DNA of 64,000 nucleotides from positions 1-64,000 of the IMG/VR virus record IMGVR_UViG_3300021255_000131. The stretch is one strand, 5' to 3'. The notes under the pieces were generated by a model. It ran no database searches, was not told the origin of the DNA, and worked only from the letters and a program-made list of their open reading frames with translations. How positions within the stretch are numbered: the first letter of the stretch is position 1; each line of letters opens with the position of its first letter. Shown one piece after another: positions 1-10,979 of the stretch. Origin of the DNA: a virus. Its lineage: Duplodnaviria > Caudoviricetes. The position numbers and the translations under genes are program-made.

Positions 1-10
1 TGCTTCTCGT

Positions 11-2908
11 ATGTATGTATGGGACGAGGCAAATCAGTGCGCATATTTTCTGTACGAAAATCCGGAAGAAAATCATATCGATGCATTCTTCACAGAAACA
101 GATCGAACAGAAGAACAGAACTGGTTTTCCTTCCTGATGGATTTCAGATATTATAGAGATATTGGACTGCTGACATTCGATGCTTTGCAGACGATTGCAA
201 AGTATCAGATACAAGCGCCAGTTCAAATGGCGCTTGTAAACGAGAAAGCTGCGGAATATGCAGACGAAACAAGCGTGTTGACTGAAACAATTGGTTCTGT
301 AGACTTTTGCCGGCTTTCCTGTACAATCAGTAAGCCAAAGAATGGATATGTAACATTGAATCTGTTGACAGATGAATATCCGAAAGGTGTCATATACAGA
401 ACTGACTACGATAAGAAAGAAGATAAGCAATTCAAGTGGCGTGTCGCTACCGAATTGAAATCTAACGGTGATCCAGTACATGATGTCGCGTCTATTGTTT
501 ACATTGTATACGAAGGTGAACCGCTTATTTGCGAGAAATCATACTTAAAAGCAATAGATGACGAAGACAATCCGACGAAGATTACATTATGGATGCCCTC
601 AACTGTAACAAAATACGTTGCGCAAAATTTCAGAGTATATCTTTTTGCGCAGCACAATATAAACGGTTTATTGGGCGCTTATGAAACTGCTGACGAAGCT
701 ACGCAGACAGCAATAGAATCAACTACGAAAAATGTAACAGTCAAACATCCTGTATACTACGAACGCGAAGAGCCTAAACCGTCGCTGACGATGCTTAACG
801 GCTACGGCTGGTGGTGGAAATGGTACGACGACGATACACCTTCTAAAATGTATTTCAGATGGTCTGACGAAGGCGACACCAAATGGCAGCTTGTTACAGT
901 GTCAAGCGAGGATATAAACAGTACGGAAGGTTGGTACTGGTACAATTGGAAGAAAGGTCTTCTGTGGCGTAAGGATTCAGGCATCTGGAGAAAGCGCAAC
1001 GAGACTGCTGCGGACAAACGTCTTGCTGCGTTGTTCGGCGCAGTGTACGCAGCCGGACAAACAAGAGATAAATATAATAAAGGGTTGCACCAAAACTATA
1101 CGTACACGGCGCCTACTGTTCTTCTTGCCGGCAACTATGCTTTTGAAAATGGATACGGTAGTTATTGGGTATTTACTACTACCGATACATTAAGCATAGG
1201 GGATACGCTGGTATACGACAGCACATTATCAACTGTTACGCAGACGGTTAATGGTGTAGAAACCATACTTGAAACCAAAGCTTACCGTTTTGATAACGTG
1301 ACGTACCACGTTCAGAATTTGTTTGCCGATACAACGTTAGAACAAGGAACATTGAACCGTGAAACCGGCGCTGAAGTTGACAGCGTTTACTATCGCACTG
1401 GTTTTATGCGGGCTTATCCAAACACGCTATACGTGTGCACCGGGTACTCAGGAGATTTAAACGTCTATTACTATGATGAGAACAGACGATATCTTGGCTA
1501 CGATGAAATAGACGGAGCTGGAGGTACGTGTACTTCTCCTGAAAACACAAAGTTTATTCGCGTCGTCAGCGAGCACAGTTATGTCAGCAATAATGTGAGC
1601 ATGCATACGCTTGATGTTGCTGACAAAATTATCACTAAAGAAGACGATACGTATACTGTGTTGCATGGAATTGTAGGCAGCGGCGAACTAAAAGGCATTA
1701 CTCCGCTTTCAAAGAAGTTTGCCGATACAGCTGACCAGGTGTATGGCGTTTTATATCCGGAGTTAAAAGCAGCTCAAGATCGTGTGACAGAGTTGCAAAA
1801 CGAAATGACAAACGCTCTTGGCGATTTGTATCGCGAAGGGTATTGGCAAAAGAATGATTATGTTGACGGCGACGAACATAAACTGTATGATGACGCTCTT
1901 GACAATCTTGAAAAGTTATCTAAGCCTGAAGCTAAATATGATATAACATATCTTGATCTGTATGGCGCAGACAGAGACAATGCTGATAACAGTGCGGCTT
2001 GTGACAATAATAAGATTGTTTGGCCGGACATATTGACAACAAGCGCGGCTCATTTGATCGATCCGGAAATTGGAATCAATACCTGGGCTTTCGTCGACAA
2101 GACAGAAAAGTGCTATGACCAGCCCTGGAAGACAAAAATTTCAATTAACACAAATCTGACGACAATCAGTCAACACAGCTTCACTGATGTTATGACACAT
2201 ATTGCAGAAGTAGCAAGTGAAGCCAAAGGCAAGATGTCTTTATACGACAGAGCAAGCGCTATTACTGAGAACGGTTCTCTTGCCGCCGAACGCCTGGAAG
2301 GCAAAATAGACGCGAACAAAACGATGATTACAGGCGGGTCTTCTACTTGGTGGACGGATGACCGCGGCAATATGGTGTTCGTTTCCGCCGATGGCAACAG
2401 CGCGATGACATTGACTGGCAATGGTTTTGCGATAGCCAACAGCAAAGACGAATGGGGAGACTGGAACTGGAGGACCTTTGGTACAGGGGAAGGTTTCAGC
2501 GCCGACGAGATTGTTGCTGGTTATTTGAGTGCAGAGCGTATCCTTGCTGGCAGTATTACTGCCGCTCATTTGGATGCCGGTGTCGCCGGTGAACTTGATT
2601 TGACGGCAAACAAAAGCCTGAAGCTGATGGTTTCAAATCTTATTCAAGATACAGAAACAAAAATAGCTCAGGCGTTTATTAATATAACACCTGAGCAGAT
2701 CGTCAGTAAGGTTGAAGAGTCGGAAACATTTACAAGTAAATACGCGACAAAGACAGATGTTGACGACGTGCAGATTGGCAGTAGAAATTATATAAGAAAT
2801 TCACGGAACCTTATTTTTGAAGGCGTACATGAGGCAATTGCCGTCGATGACGCAGCAAGAGTTGGTACGGCCATCGTTGGCGTATCTAAGGTTGCCAGCG
2901 AAAATTGA
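11..2908 (+). CDS. Large tail / minor structural protein, probably starting before the window
   Basis: 965-aa ORF. The C-terminal 'NGFAIANS..WNWRTFGTGEGFSADEIVAGYLSAERI' segment resembles siphophage tail spike/endopeptidase-type proteins. It heads a cluster of tail genes. Confidence 0.7.
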   Translation: MYVWDEANQCAYFLYENPEENHIDAFFTETDRTEEQNWFSFLMDFRYYRDIGLLTFDALQTIAKYQIQAPVQMALVNEKAAEYADETSVLTETIGSVDFCRLSCTISKPKNGYVTLNLLTDEYPKGVIYRTDYDKKEDKQFKWRVATELKSNGDPVHDVASIVYIVYEGEPLICEKSYLKAIDDEDNPTKITLWMPSTVTKYVAQNFRVYLFAQHNINGLLGAYETADEATQTAIESTTKNVTVKHPVYYEREEPKPSLTMLNGYGWWWKWYDDDTPSKMYFRWSDEGDTKWQLVTVSSEDINSTEGWYWYNWKKGLLWRKDSGIWRKRNETAADKRLAALFGAVYAAGQTRDKYNKGLHQNYTYTAPTVLLAGNYAFENGYGSYWVFTTTDTLSIGDTLVYDSTLSTVTQTVNGVETILETKAYRFDNVTYHVQNLFADTTLEQGTLNRETGAEVDSVYYRTGFMRAYPNTLYVCTGYSGDLNVYYYDENRRYLGYDEIDGAGGTCTSPENTKFIRVVSEHSYVSNNVSMHTLDVADKIITKEDDTYTVLHGIVGSGELKGITPLSKKFADTADQVYGVLYPELKAAQDRVTELQNEMTNALGDLYREGYWQKNDYVDGDEHKLYDDALDNLEKLSKPEAKYDITYLDLYGADRDNADNSAACDNNKIVWPDILTTSAAHLIDPEIGINTWAFVDKTEKCYDQPWKTKISINTNLTTISQHSFTDVMTHIAEVASEAKGKMSLYDRASAITENGSLAAERLEGKIDANKTMITGGSSTWWTDDRGNMVFVSADGNSAMTLTGNGFAIANSKDEWGDWNWRTFGTGEGFSADEIVAGYLSAERILAGSITAAHLDAGVAGELDLTANKSLKLMVSNLIQDTETKIAQAFINITPEQIVSKVEESETFTSKYATKTDVDDVQIGSRNYIRNSRNLIFEGVHEAIAVDDAARVGTAIVGVSKVASEN

Positions 2909-2920
2909 GATTAAGGAGGC

Positions 2921-5074
2921 GTGAATATGAGTAACGAAAGAACTGTATGGGTTACTGGTGATAAAATTATTGCCAGTAAATTAAATAACACAGGCGACAA
3001 TATTGAAGCGTTGAAAGAGGAGACAGAAGAGAACTTTGAGAAAATACGCCATGAGTTAGATACACAAAAGGCGGACAAAACTGAGCTCGCTGATTTATAT
3101 ATTCAAACAGATTACTTGACAAGGCTCGCTAAAGAAAATAAGAAAATTAACGACGAGCTTAACGAAGAGTACTCAATGAGAGACGAAAAGATAGCTGCGC
3201 TGTTTGTCGATAACGATCGAATAACGAGAACGTTTGATGGGATACAATCTGATATAGCGGAGTTACGCGATCACGTATATGAGCATGAAGGCGAATTAAA
3301 CGAGGAGTCTGAAAGTTTTATCAGAGATCTCGCTGACGTAAAAGCAAACAATGTTGAAGTTGAAAATATAGCTATAGACGTCGATAAAGCGAAGCGCAAC
3401 ATAGAAGCTTTGACAGAAGAGGTGCGAAGAAAAGTTGACAATGAGCCTTTCTCTGCGCTTGATGCCGAAGTAGATATAATACAAAAAGACGTTGAAGATC
3501 TGAAACACGTTAATGATAACATCAGTATTGAACGCTTGAATGTAGCTGTTGATCAAATAGAGACAGCGCTTGAAAACAAGGCAGACAAAATGGAAGTAGG
3601 CGCCAGCAGATATGGAGAAGTTGGTCAATTATATCTGCAGGTTGATGAAAATAAACGAGATATAAAGCGTAAGGTAGGCGTAGATCATTTAGCTGCAGAG
3701 ATCGGCGCATTACATGTAGAAGCTGATGAATTAAAACGAAGCAACCTAAGTCAAGATTCTCTTATCAGCTACGTTAGAGAAGGTTTGTTGACGGCTAACG
3801 ACAACATTGCAGCAAAAGTGTCTAAGCCTTTTGTCGAAGGGCAGAGTGGCCAATTACTCAGCACAAACGGCGACGGAACAACAACATGGATCACTCCTTC
3901 TCCAGCTTCTGACGAACAGATTGGCACAGCTGTTTCAGATTGGCTCGACGATCATCCTGACGCTACAACGACAGTGCAAGATGGTTCAATCACTATAGAT
4001 AAACTGAGCCCAGAATTGATTGACACAATCGAAACATCTTCTGAAGCCAGAGACGCCAGCATATTGATAAACAGTATTCAATCAGAACTAATCGCGCAGA
4101 GAAGCATTGAAGATGAAATTCAGAAATACCTATTGACATTTGAAGGTCTACACGGAAAGCTTGAACAATATGCTGGAATGTTTAACGGCGGCGAGGGGAT
4201 TGGCTTTATATTTTTTACAGATCCGCATTGTATTGATATAACGTTTAACAAAAGCAATGAATATATGTTGAAGAATTTGCGAGAAATTCGTACGGTGTTT
4301 GAAAACAGCCCTGCAAGATATATATTATGCGGAGGGGACTGGATAAACGAAAAGTATACATATAATCAGGCGAAGTTATATAGTGGCCGCATTGTAAACC
4401 TAATGCGCGGGTGGCTCGGCGAACGTTCTTACACATGTGTTGGCAATCACGATCTTGGTTTTACAACCGGCTCTTCGAGATATAATGCGTCTGATGAAAA
4501 AGAGTTGGCCAACATGTGGTATGGAAAGAATGTTGGGTACTTTGTAATAGAAGACGGTAATGCAGACTGTTATGTTTTAGACAGTGGCATTGATAACGTC
4601 GATGGTACTAATCATGTTGTGCTGATGTACGAGTATAGATGGATACAGCTTGATTGGTTCGCAAACAAATTATTGACAAACACATCCAAACATTTATTCG
4701 GCGCGATACATATTCCGCCAATTTTCCCAGATACATCCGGTGAAACCGAAAACCCAATGACTATTAATGTTTGCGCAATAGCTGACGCATTCAATCGTAG
4801 AGCAAGCATTACTATAAACGAAAACACATATGACTTCTCAGATGCGACAGGTACTTTTCATTTTATGGTATGCGGGCACATACATAGTGATAGGAATTGG
4901 ACATGCAACAATATTCCTGTGTTTTCGTCACGAGCGCATCTTGATGAACAACCGATAGATTGTTGCTACGCTGACTTTGACGCGAGCGTGTTGCATATGT
5001 TACGCATCGGAGGAGGAAACAGCAGAGATTTTAATATTATCCCTAGTGGGCAGTATCAGGTTGCCGCAGGGTAA
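2921..5074 (+). CDS. Coiled-coil protein with C-terminal calcineurin-like metallophosphoesterase (tail-associated)
   Basis: Long heptad-rich N-terminus, then MPP motifs TDPH, GGD, GNHD, H and GHIH. AAGGAGG RBS. Confidence 0.7.
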   Translation: MNMSNERTVWVTGDKIIASKLNNTGDNIEALKEETEENFEKIRHELDTQKADKTELADLYIQTDYLTRLAKENKKINDELNEEYSMRDEKIAALFVDNDRITRTFDGIQSDIAELRDHVYEHEGELNEESESFIRDLADVKANNVEVENIAIDVDKAKRNIEALTEEVRRKVDNEPFSALDAEVDIIQKDVEDLKHVNDNISIERLNVAVDQIETALENKADKMEVGASRYGEVGQLYLQVDENKRDIKRKVGVDHLAAEIGALHVEADELKRSNLSQDSLISYVREGLLTANDNIAAKVSKPFVEGQSGQLLSTNGDGTTTWITPSPASDEQIGTAVSDWLDDHPDATTTVQDGSITIDKLSPELIDTIETSSEARDASILINSIQSELIAQRSIEDEIQKYLLTFEGLHGKLEQYAGMFNGGEGIGFIFFTDPHCIDITFNKSNEYMLKNLREIRTVFENSPARYILCGGDWINEKYTYNQAKLYSGRIVNLMRGWLGERSYTCVGNHDLGFTTGSSRYNASDEKELANMWYGKNVGYFVIEDGNADCYVLDSGIDNVDGTNHVVLMYEYRWIQLDWFANKLLTNTSKHLFGAIHIPPIFPDTSGETENPMTINVCAIADAFNRRASITINENTYDFSDATGTFHFMVCGHIHSDRNWTCNNIPVFSSRAHLDEQPIDCCYADFDASVLHMLRIGGGNSRDFNIIPSGQYQVAAG

Positions 5075-5091
5075 GAAAGGAAGATGTAATA

Positions 5092-6381
5092 ATGAGCGAT
5101 GCTCTTGAAAAATATTATGGTTCACTACATAATGTGGTGTTGCGTGATGATAACGGTAACCCGAGCATCTTTGTGCGGCACCCTAAAATAAAAAGCAGCG
5201 ATTTATTTAGCATACTGCCTGATCGTACACACCCCGCGTTTATTGTGAATGATGTTGAAGATCCGGCCTTACTGATCGGTAAATATATGGGTAGTACTTT
5301 AGTTAAAGATGGCACAATTTATTCTTTACCTTATGCAAAGCCAGACGTAGTTGATGACTATCGAACATATACACATTCTGTCTTGTTAAATCGTGTTCGT
5401 ATGTTTAAAGGTGCGACAGGAATAACAATCGCAGACTATGGGCTCATGTCATTGCTTGGTCAAAAGTATATATCTCAGGGCAACGGAACGCCGTGTTACG
5501 GCAACATAAACGTTTTTTCGTCGTATGAAGCCGGCAAGCATTTCGGACAAGATATTAACCACGGATGGGTTTACCCAAGTGTTACGGTCGGCGACAGATA
5601 CATATATCTCGGATGGCTTTATGAATGTGTAAAAAATCATCAGACATCTGCAAATTTGCCGCCGTCTATGCACCCTGAATTGTGGAAACCTTTGTATCGT
5701 GTTGGCGGGGTACCTGTGGATGAAAGTTGGTACAAATCGCAAACAGCTGTTTACCGCGGAAATTCACTTACAGGCAGTGGCCCTATTGACTGGTATTTTA
5801 TGCATGATATTTGCAATGAAGCAGACTTCTTTGGAAACGGAGAAGAATTAGTATACGGTGTACGTATTGCGCAAGGCGAGCTTCAAATACTTGCCAACAA
5901 CAATGCGGCAGATCCAAACGCGATCGTCATAGGTGACGAAGCTAACTGGCGGGCAATACTTCCTAATCAAAACAATTCTGAATATACATTGGTTAATCCA
6001 GGAGAAACTGGAACAATTAAAGTTCTTGTTGGAAGTAACACAGTACAATTTGTTACTCGAGATCTTACGGAAAATGATTTTGCTGCAGACGATGCTATGA
6101 CAAGCGTTTATTTCAATGCGATCACTGTAAACAGTGCTGAAATACCTTATGTGCCGTCTATTCTTTACGAACTTGGACTTCTTGCAATTCCAGGGTCGGG
6201 AGTAACTGGTGGAATGTGTATGTTCAGACGTAAGCTTGGTCGAACTTATTACTGTTCTCACGGTACATATTTTACACTAACAACTCAAAGAGTTGTTTTC
6301 CCTATATACAATTTTAATATGGAGGAAAACAACGGAGTGTATAAAGGCAACACGCGTCCTCGCGCAAGAGAAACTGAATAA
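5092..6381 (+). CDS. Putative receptor-binding protein, Mtd/FGE-sulfatase-like C-type lectin fold, with a CBM5/12-like insert
   Basis: 'HPAFIVN..IGKY' and 'LTGSGPIDW..HD...DFFGNGEE..GVRI' resemble the CLec-fold family. Insert 'VGDRYIYLGWLYECVKNHQTS...PELWK'. Confidence 0.55.
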   Translation: MSDALEKYYGSLHNVVLRDDNGNPSIFVRHPKIKSSDLFSILPDRTHPAFIVNDVEDPALLIGKYMGSTLVKDGTIYSLPYAKPDVVDDYRTYTHSVLLNRVRMFKGATGITIADYGLMSLLGQKYISQGNGTPCYGNINVFSSYEAGKHFGQDINHGWVYPSVTVGDRYIYLGWLYECVKNHQTSANLPPSMHPELWKPLYRVGGVPVDESWYKSQTAVYRGNSLTGSGPIDWYFMHDICNEADFFGNGEELVYGVRIAQGELQILANNNAADPNAIVIGDEANWRAILPNQNNSEYTLVNPGETGTIKVLVGSNTVQFVTRDLTENDFAADDAMTSVYFNAITVNSAEIPYVPSILYELGLLAIPGSGVTGGMCMFRRKLGRTYYCSHGTYFTLTTQRVVFPIYNFNMEENNGVYKGNTRPRARETE

Positions 6382-6386
6382 TAAAT

Positions 6387-7274
6387 TTGATAGGTGGGGT
6401 GATACCCATGGTTTATACAGAAGATACAATTGAAGTGTATGACGGATCGATGGATGCTACCCTACTGTTAAGTGAAATGGATGGATACATTTACCGTGTA
6501 CGCACCGTGCCTTTGCCGCACGGTGCGTATACATTTACAGTATGGGCAAAAGCTGATAGCAACATGCAGCTGAGCATAGATGTTCTTGGAAAGAATGAGA
6601 TATTTGATCTTGAGGCCGGACGTTGGACGAGACTTCATATTCTCAACGAAAATCCGACAGAAGATGAGAACGGCGATATTATCACATACGTAGACTTTCT
6701 TCCAGTATACGGATCAAACAGCGCTGACTTACATTTGTATAAGGCTATGCTTGAACAGAGCAATCATGCCTCGGACTGGAAACCAGCGCCGGAAGATACA
6801 GAAGAAAGTATTCTTGAATTAACGGAGCGAATCAAATCCGCTGAGATACAGATCAACAGCGATAGCATTGTTTCTCGCGTGTTTGAAAGCCAGAAGTACC
6901 AGAGCGACCAGGAAGAGCTCAGAAACGAGATGCAATCAACTGTTACGCAACAGATTGATTCAGTTGTGATGGAGTTCTCGCAGGTTGAGGAGATGGCGTC
7001 TGAAGCCAAGAGCTATGTAGACGAGGCGACAACATGGCAGCGCTTTGACGCTGAAGGTATTCATCTCGGTAAAGATCAGGCTGAGGATGGGCATAAGTTT
7101 ACGATGGACCTGTCAAACAAAGAGCTGGCTTTCAACGACGATGGTACAAAGGTTGCGTATATTAATAACCAAACAATGCACATTACGAACGCGGAAATTA
7201 TTTCAAAACTTACGCTTGGTAAGTTTGCCTTTATCCCGACGGAGACAGGCATGGCACTTATCTACGTGGGATAA
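6387..7274 (+). CDS. Tail protein
   Basis: 'LEQSNHASDWKPAPED', a coiled coil, and a beta-rich C-terminus 'FDAEGIHLG..VAYINNQTMHITNA' typical of siphophage tail proteins. Confidence 0.6.
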   Translation: MIGGVIPMVYTEDTIEVYDGSMDATLLLSEMDGYIYRVRTVPLPHGAYTFTVWAKADSNMQLSIDVLGKNEIFDLEAGRWTRLHILNENPTEDENGDIITYVDFLPVYGSNSADLHLYKAMLEQSNHASDWKPAPEDTEESILELTERIKSAEIQINSDSIVSRVFESQKYQSDQEELRNEMQSTVTQQIDSVVMEFSQVEEMASEAKSYVDEATTWQRFDAEGIHLGKDQAEDGHKFTMDLSNKELAFNDDGTKVAYINNQTMHITNAEIISKLTLGKFAFIPTETGMALIYVG

Positions 7275-7286
7275 GGTGGTGATTTT

Positions 7287-9662
7287 GTGGCGACTAAAAC
7301 AATCAGTATAGATAGTTTCAACTTAAAAAGTTCGTGGACATACAAAACAAGAACGATTGACCAAAATGGCTGGAGCCACTTTAGTAATCCATACGCTTCT
7401 ACGGCTACGAAAAAAGTTACAGTTGATTTATCTTCGATTCCAACTGGAAGCAGAATTACTTCCGCTACGCTGGCCGGTCAAGCCAGCTATGGATCAAGCC
7501 GGGCCGCCTATAACGGCGTGAGCGTAAACGTCGATGGTACGCAAAATGTAACATCGTGGTTTACAACACTTGCTTCAAGTATAACGATTCAGTTTTCATT
7601 TCAGTATAACGATCCGCAGCCGCCGATCGTTCAGCAAATGAGCCCGTCGTCTCCAACTTACAGCAGGACAAGCTATTTCCAGAACCTTGTATTGACCATT
7701 AACTATGAGCTTCCAAATTCTACCGGTAAGCTGAATAAAACCAGTGTCGTCGCACAGGACGGAGAGTCAATTAAGTTGACAATCACGCCGACAAACGCGT
7801 CTTATAAACACAAGGTAACGTGGAAGCTTGAAGGTGCTACGGCGGCAACGACGCATACGACAACGACTACGCTGAACGCTGGGGTCACAGAGAATACATG
7901 GAACCTCTCGTCCAGTTTCGTGGACGCTATTCCGTCTGCCGCGAGCAAGACAGCTTCGGTTATTCTGGAAACGCTTAACGGTGGAAATACTTTAGGCAGC
8001 GTTACGTATACGTTTACTGTCACGGTGCCGAGTACGATCAAGCCTTCTGTGAATATACAGACAGGGACGCTTACATGGACGAATCCAAACAACGACACGT
8101 TCAGCGGTGAACTTGTCCAGGGTATCAGCACCGCAAGGTTGAGGCTAAAGATTTCTGACGTCAGCGCCGGCGCGGGCAGCACAATCAAAAGCGTTGTGTT
8201 TTCCGGCTGGGGCGGAAGCAAGACGGCGACGAAGGATGATACGTACTATTATGCTGATACAGGGCTGCTGACATCCAGCGGCTATAAGACAATTAAAGTT
8301 GTTATTACAGATAACCGTGGAAGAAACCTGACGATTGAAAAAGGCAACAACACAACTGATCGATTTTTTGCGGTGCGCACATACAAAGAACCGACGATTG
8401 ATGGTATCTCAGTGAAACGCTGTACGGATCAGACCGGACAGACGCTTGACGATGTCGGTACTTATATGCGCATATCGGCAGACTTTACTTATCACAGGAT
8501 CAACAACAACAATGCTGCCGCGCAGAACTCTGTTACAATCAAAGCAAAATATAAAAGGAATACCGTTAGCAGCTATGGCGACGGCGAGTATAGTCTAAAC
8601 TGGACGTCAAGCCAGGAAGCCATTTCCGGCAACGTAAGGAACGTAGTCAACGGCGCGTACGTAGTAGTCGGCCCGATCAGCACAGACTACGCGTACGATA
8701 TTTCTGTAACGCTAAAAGACGCTTTAAACAAACAATCTACGGCAACCGCCGTGATACAGACAACGACGTACGTATTGCACTTTAAGAATGGCGGCACTGC
8801 CGTAGGCATAGGGCAGGCCGCTGGAAGCGCGAAGAGCGTAGTTGTGAACCCGGACTGGAACTTCAACATGTATGGCGGAAGAGCCGGAGAACATACAATA
8901 TATAAAGCAGAAATTGTCGCAACTGAAACCTCGCGCAAAGACTTGAACGACTATGTTGACTACGGTTATTACGCGATACACAGTAGCAGCGCGCCATACA
9001 TAGACAACTGTCCAGTAGATGCAACTGCCGGTGTGTTGATCGTTATGTCCGCGTGCGACGACGAACGAAGTAAAACATCGGCTTATTCTTACTGGTCTGC
9101 CATGCAGGTCTTTATATCGAGAAACGCGAGTATCTTTAAGCGATACATTAGAACAAACAGCGAGCCAGCTGTCATTGACGCAGGTACTTGGCAAAAGTTA
9201 ATGACCGCGTCAGACACGATTGAGATCGGAAATACAACAGGTACGCTGGCCGTAAGCAGAGGCGGAACAGGCGTTGCGGCAAACAGCCAAAACGCTTTAA
9301 AGACAAGCCTTGGAATCGCGCTTGGCGCCGGATCAACAATAACGTTCCCTGCAAACACCGTGTTCCCAGGCATGAAGACAAATAGCAATGGCAACATTCT
9401 TGTCACCTTTAATCTTGGCCGGCCGCTCATAGGAAATCTGAACGCGACGATCTCCGGAAGCGGTTGGCTATTGACAACGAGCGGCAAGACCAGCGAAACC
9501 GCTGAAACGATTGCCAGCATGGGAACGGCTAGAACGATTACATGTGATCCATCCGGCATCGTTAATTTAAATATTCAAGGTTCATTTGGCGGCACAAACA
9601 ACACGCCGGTTTCTTTGCTTACGTCAACGGCGGTTGGAATTACCTTCGCTGCCGCATCCTGA
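7287..9662 (+). CDS. Tail/baseplate structural protein (DUF859-like) with knob-like C-terminal domain
   Basis: Thr/Ser-rich beta-sandwich repeats, 'ITDNRGR', 'GGTAVGIG' and 'DLNDYVDYGYY..NCP..AGVLIV'. Tail gene context. Confidence 0.55.
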   Translation: MATKTISIDSFNLKSSWTYKTRTIDQNGWSHFSNPYASTATKKVTVDLSSIPTGSRITSATLAGQASYGSSRAAYNGVSVNVDGTQNVTSWFTTLASSITIQFSFQYNDPQPPIVQQMSPSSPTYSRTSYFQNLVLTINYELPNSTGKLNKTSVVAQDGESIKLTITPTNASYKHKVTWKLEGATAATTHTTTTTLNAGVTENTWNLSSSFVDAIPSAASKTASVILETLNGGNTLGSVTYTFTVTVPSTIKPSVNIQTGTLTWTNPNNDTFSGELVQGISTARLRLKISDVSAGAGSTIKSVVFSGWGGSKTATKDDTYYYADTGLLTSSGYKTIKVVITDNRGRNLTIEKGNNTTDRFFAVRTYKEPTIDGISVKRCTDQTGQTLDDVGTYMRISADFTYHRINNNNAAAQNSVTIKAKYKRNTVSSYGDGEYSLNWTSSQEAISGNVRNVVNGAYVVVGPISTDYAYDISVTLKDALNKQSTATAVIQTTTYVLHFKNGGTAVGIGQAAGSAKSVVVNPDWNFNMYGGRAGEHTIYKAEIVATETSRKDLNDYVDYGYYAIHSSSAPYIDNCPVDATAGVLIVMSACDDERSKTSAYSYWSAMQVFISRNASIFKRYIRTNSEPAVIDAGTWQKLMTASDTIEIGNTTGTLAVSRGGTGVAANSQNALKTSLGIALGAGSTITFPANTVFPGMKTNSNGNILVTFNLGRPLIGNLNATISGSGWLLTTSGKTSETAETIASMGTARTITCDPSGIVNLNIQGSFGGTNNTPVSLLTSTAVGITFAAAS

Positions 9663-9730
9663 TAACGAAGTAGGTGATTTCATGTACACTATATCAATGC
9701 CACGCGGCGATATAAAGGAGGTGACGGAAA

Positions 9731-10159
9731 TTGGCACAAACTATTTCATGGACAACCGGTGAAAAAATAACAGCAAACAAATTAAATGCTATCAGTGAAA
9801 AAGTGTCTATGGAGATGCGTGATACGTTGATTGCTTTACTGCAACATGTGGCATATACAACTCCAGAAGCACATGAATACTTTGAATCATTCAGACAAGC
9901 ATGGGAACTTGACGATACAATTTCTCGTATCACCGCAGTATATACTCAGAATGGCAATGTGTACAGTACAGACACGTTATCCTCATTGAGGAACAATCTC
10001 GTTGTCACAGCATATTATGAAAATAATATCAGTAATATAGTAGATACATACAATCTTTCCGGAGAACTTCAAGCTGGCATAAGTACAATTACCGTCACTT
10101 ACGCTGGCGTATCAACTACGTTTAATGTAACCGTGACAAGCGGATCTTCACCCTCTTAA
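9731..10159 (+). CDS. Small structural protein with Ig-like domain
   Basis: N-terminal 'WTTGEKITANKLN'. C-terminal 'ITAVYTQ..LVVTAYY..TITVTYAGVSTTFNVTV' Ig-like pattern. Confidence 0.55.
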   Translation: MAQTISWTTGEKITANKLNAISEKVSMEMRDTLIALLQHVAYTTPEAHEYFESFRQAWELDDTISRITAVYTQNGNVYSTDTLSSLRNNLVVTAYYENNISNIVDTYNLSGELQAGISTITVTYAGVSTTFNVTVTSGSSPS

Positions 10160-10175
10160 ACTTGGAGGTGAAAGT

Positions 10176-10979
10176 ATGCAGATATATGATGTTAACGGAA
10201 ATGTTTACGATGGATACAGCTTTAGCGGAAAATCTATTATTACTTTTGGCGACGGTATTACTTCGGAAGATGGTAAAACATACGCCGGCGAAACAGTCAA
10301 AGGATATCAGGGATATTTAAGAGATGCCGGCTTTACAGTTACAAACGCCGGTATTAGCAATGCTTGTATAACGTATCATGCTGGTGATCCTACAGATATA
10401 TGTGAAACAGTACATGATACAAGTTGTACTGGGTATGATTATGTAATGATTGCCGGCGGGGTCAATGACTTTCGCTTGGCGTCGAGCCCGATGGGGGAGC
10501 TGACGGACTCTGATTTTGACAGCGGCACCTTTATCGGTGCGCTGCAATTTATTATCGAAAAGATTGTCAATGACAATGCTGACGCAAAAATATTTTTTGT
10601 AACACCGCTTCTTTGCGATGGGTGGAATACGCCAAACAGTTTAGGTTATACGTTGACAAATTATTCAGACGCCATCAAATATGTGGCAGCAAAGTATGCG
10701 ATACCTGTATTGGATTTTACTTCTGTAGCTGGAATAAACGACAAGAATATAGGTGTTTTAACTCGTGATGGGGTTCACCCCAAAAACACAGGATTCCAGT
10801 TACTCTCAAGTAAGCTTATGTCTTTTGTCAATAGTTTGAATACTGGATCTGAAAATACGGAAAGAGGAATTGCTACGTTTGACGAGTTGATGGAAACGCT
10901 GAATGCTGAAGATAACAATATTGCTTCTACTTTTGAAGTTATGATTGCTTTAGGAATTGAAGAAGACGAGGAAGAGTGA
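10176..10979 (+). CDS. SGNH/GDSL hydrolase-like protein; catalytic Ser replaced by Gly
   Basis: FGDGIT (canonical is GDS), GISNA, GGVND and DGVHP blocks. Confidence 0.75.
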   Translation: MQIYDVNGNVYDGYSFSGKSIITFGDGITSEDGKTYAGETVKGYQGYLRDAGFTVTNAGISNACITYHAGDPTDICETVHDTSCTGYDYVMIAGGVNDFRLASSPMGELTDSDFDSGTFIGALQFIIEKIVNDNADAKIFFVTPLLCDGWNTPNSLGYTLTNYSDAIKYVAAKYAIPVLDFTSVAGINDKNIGVLTRDGVHPKNTGFQLLSSKLMSFVNSLNTGSENTERGIATFDELMETLNAEDNNIASTFEVMIALGIEEDEEE

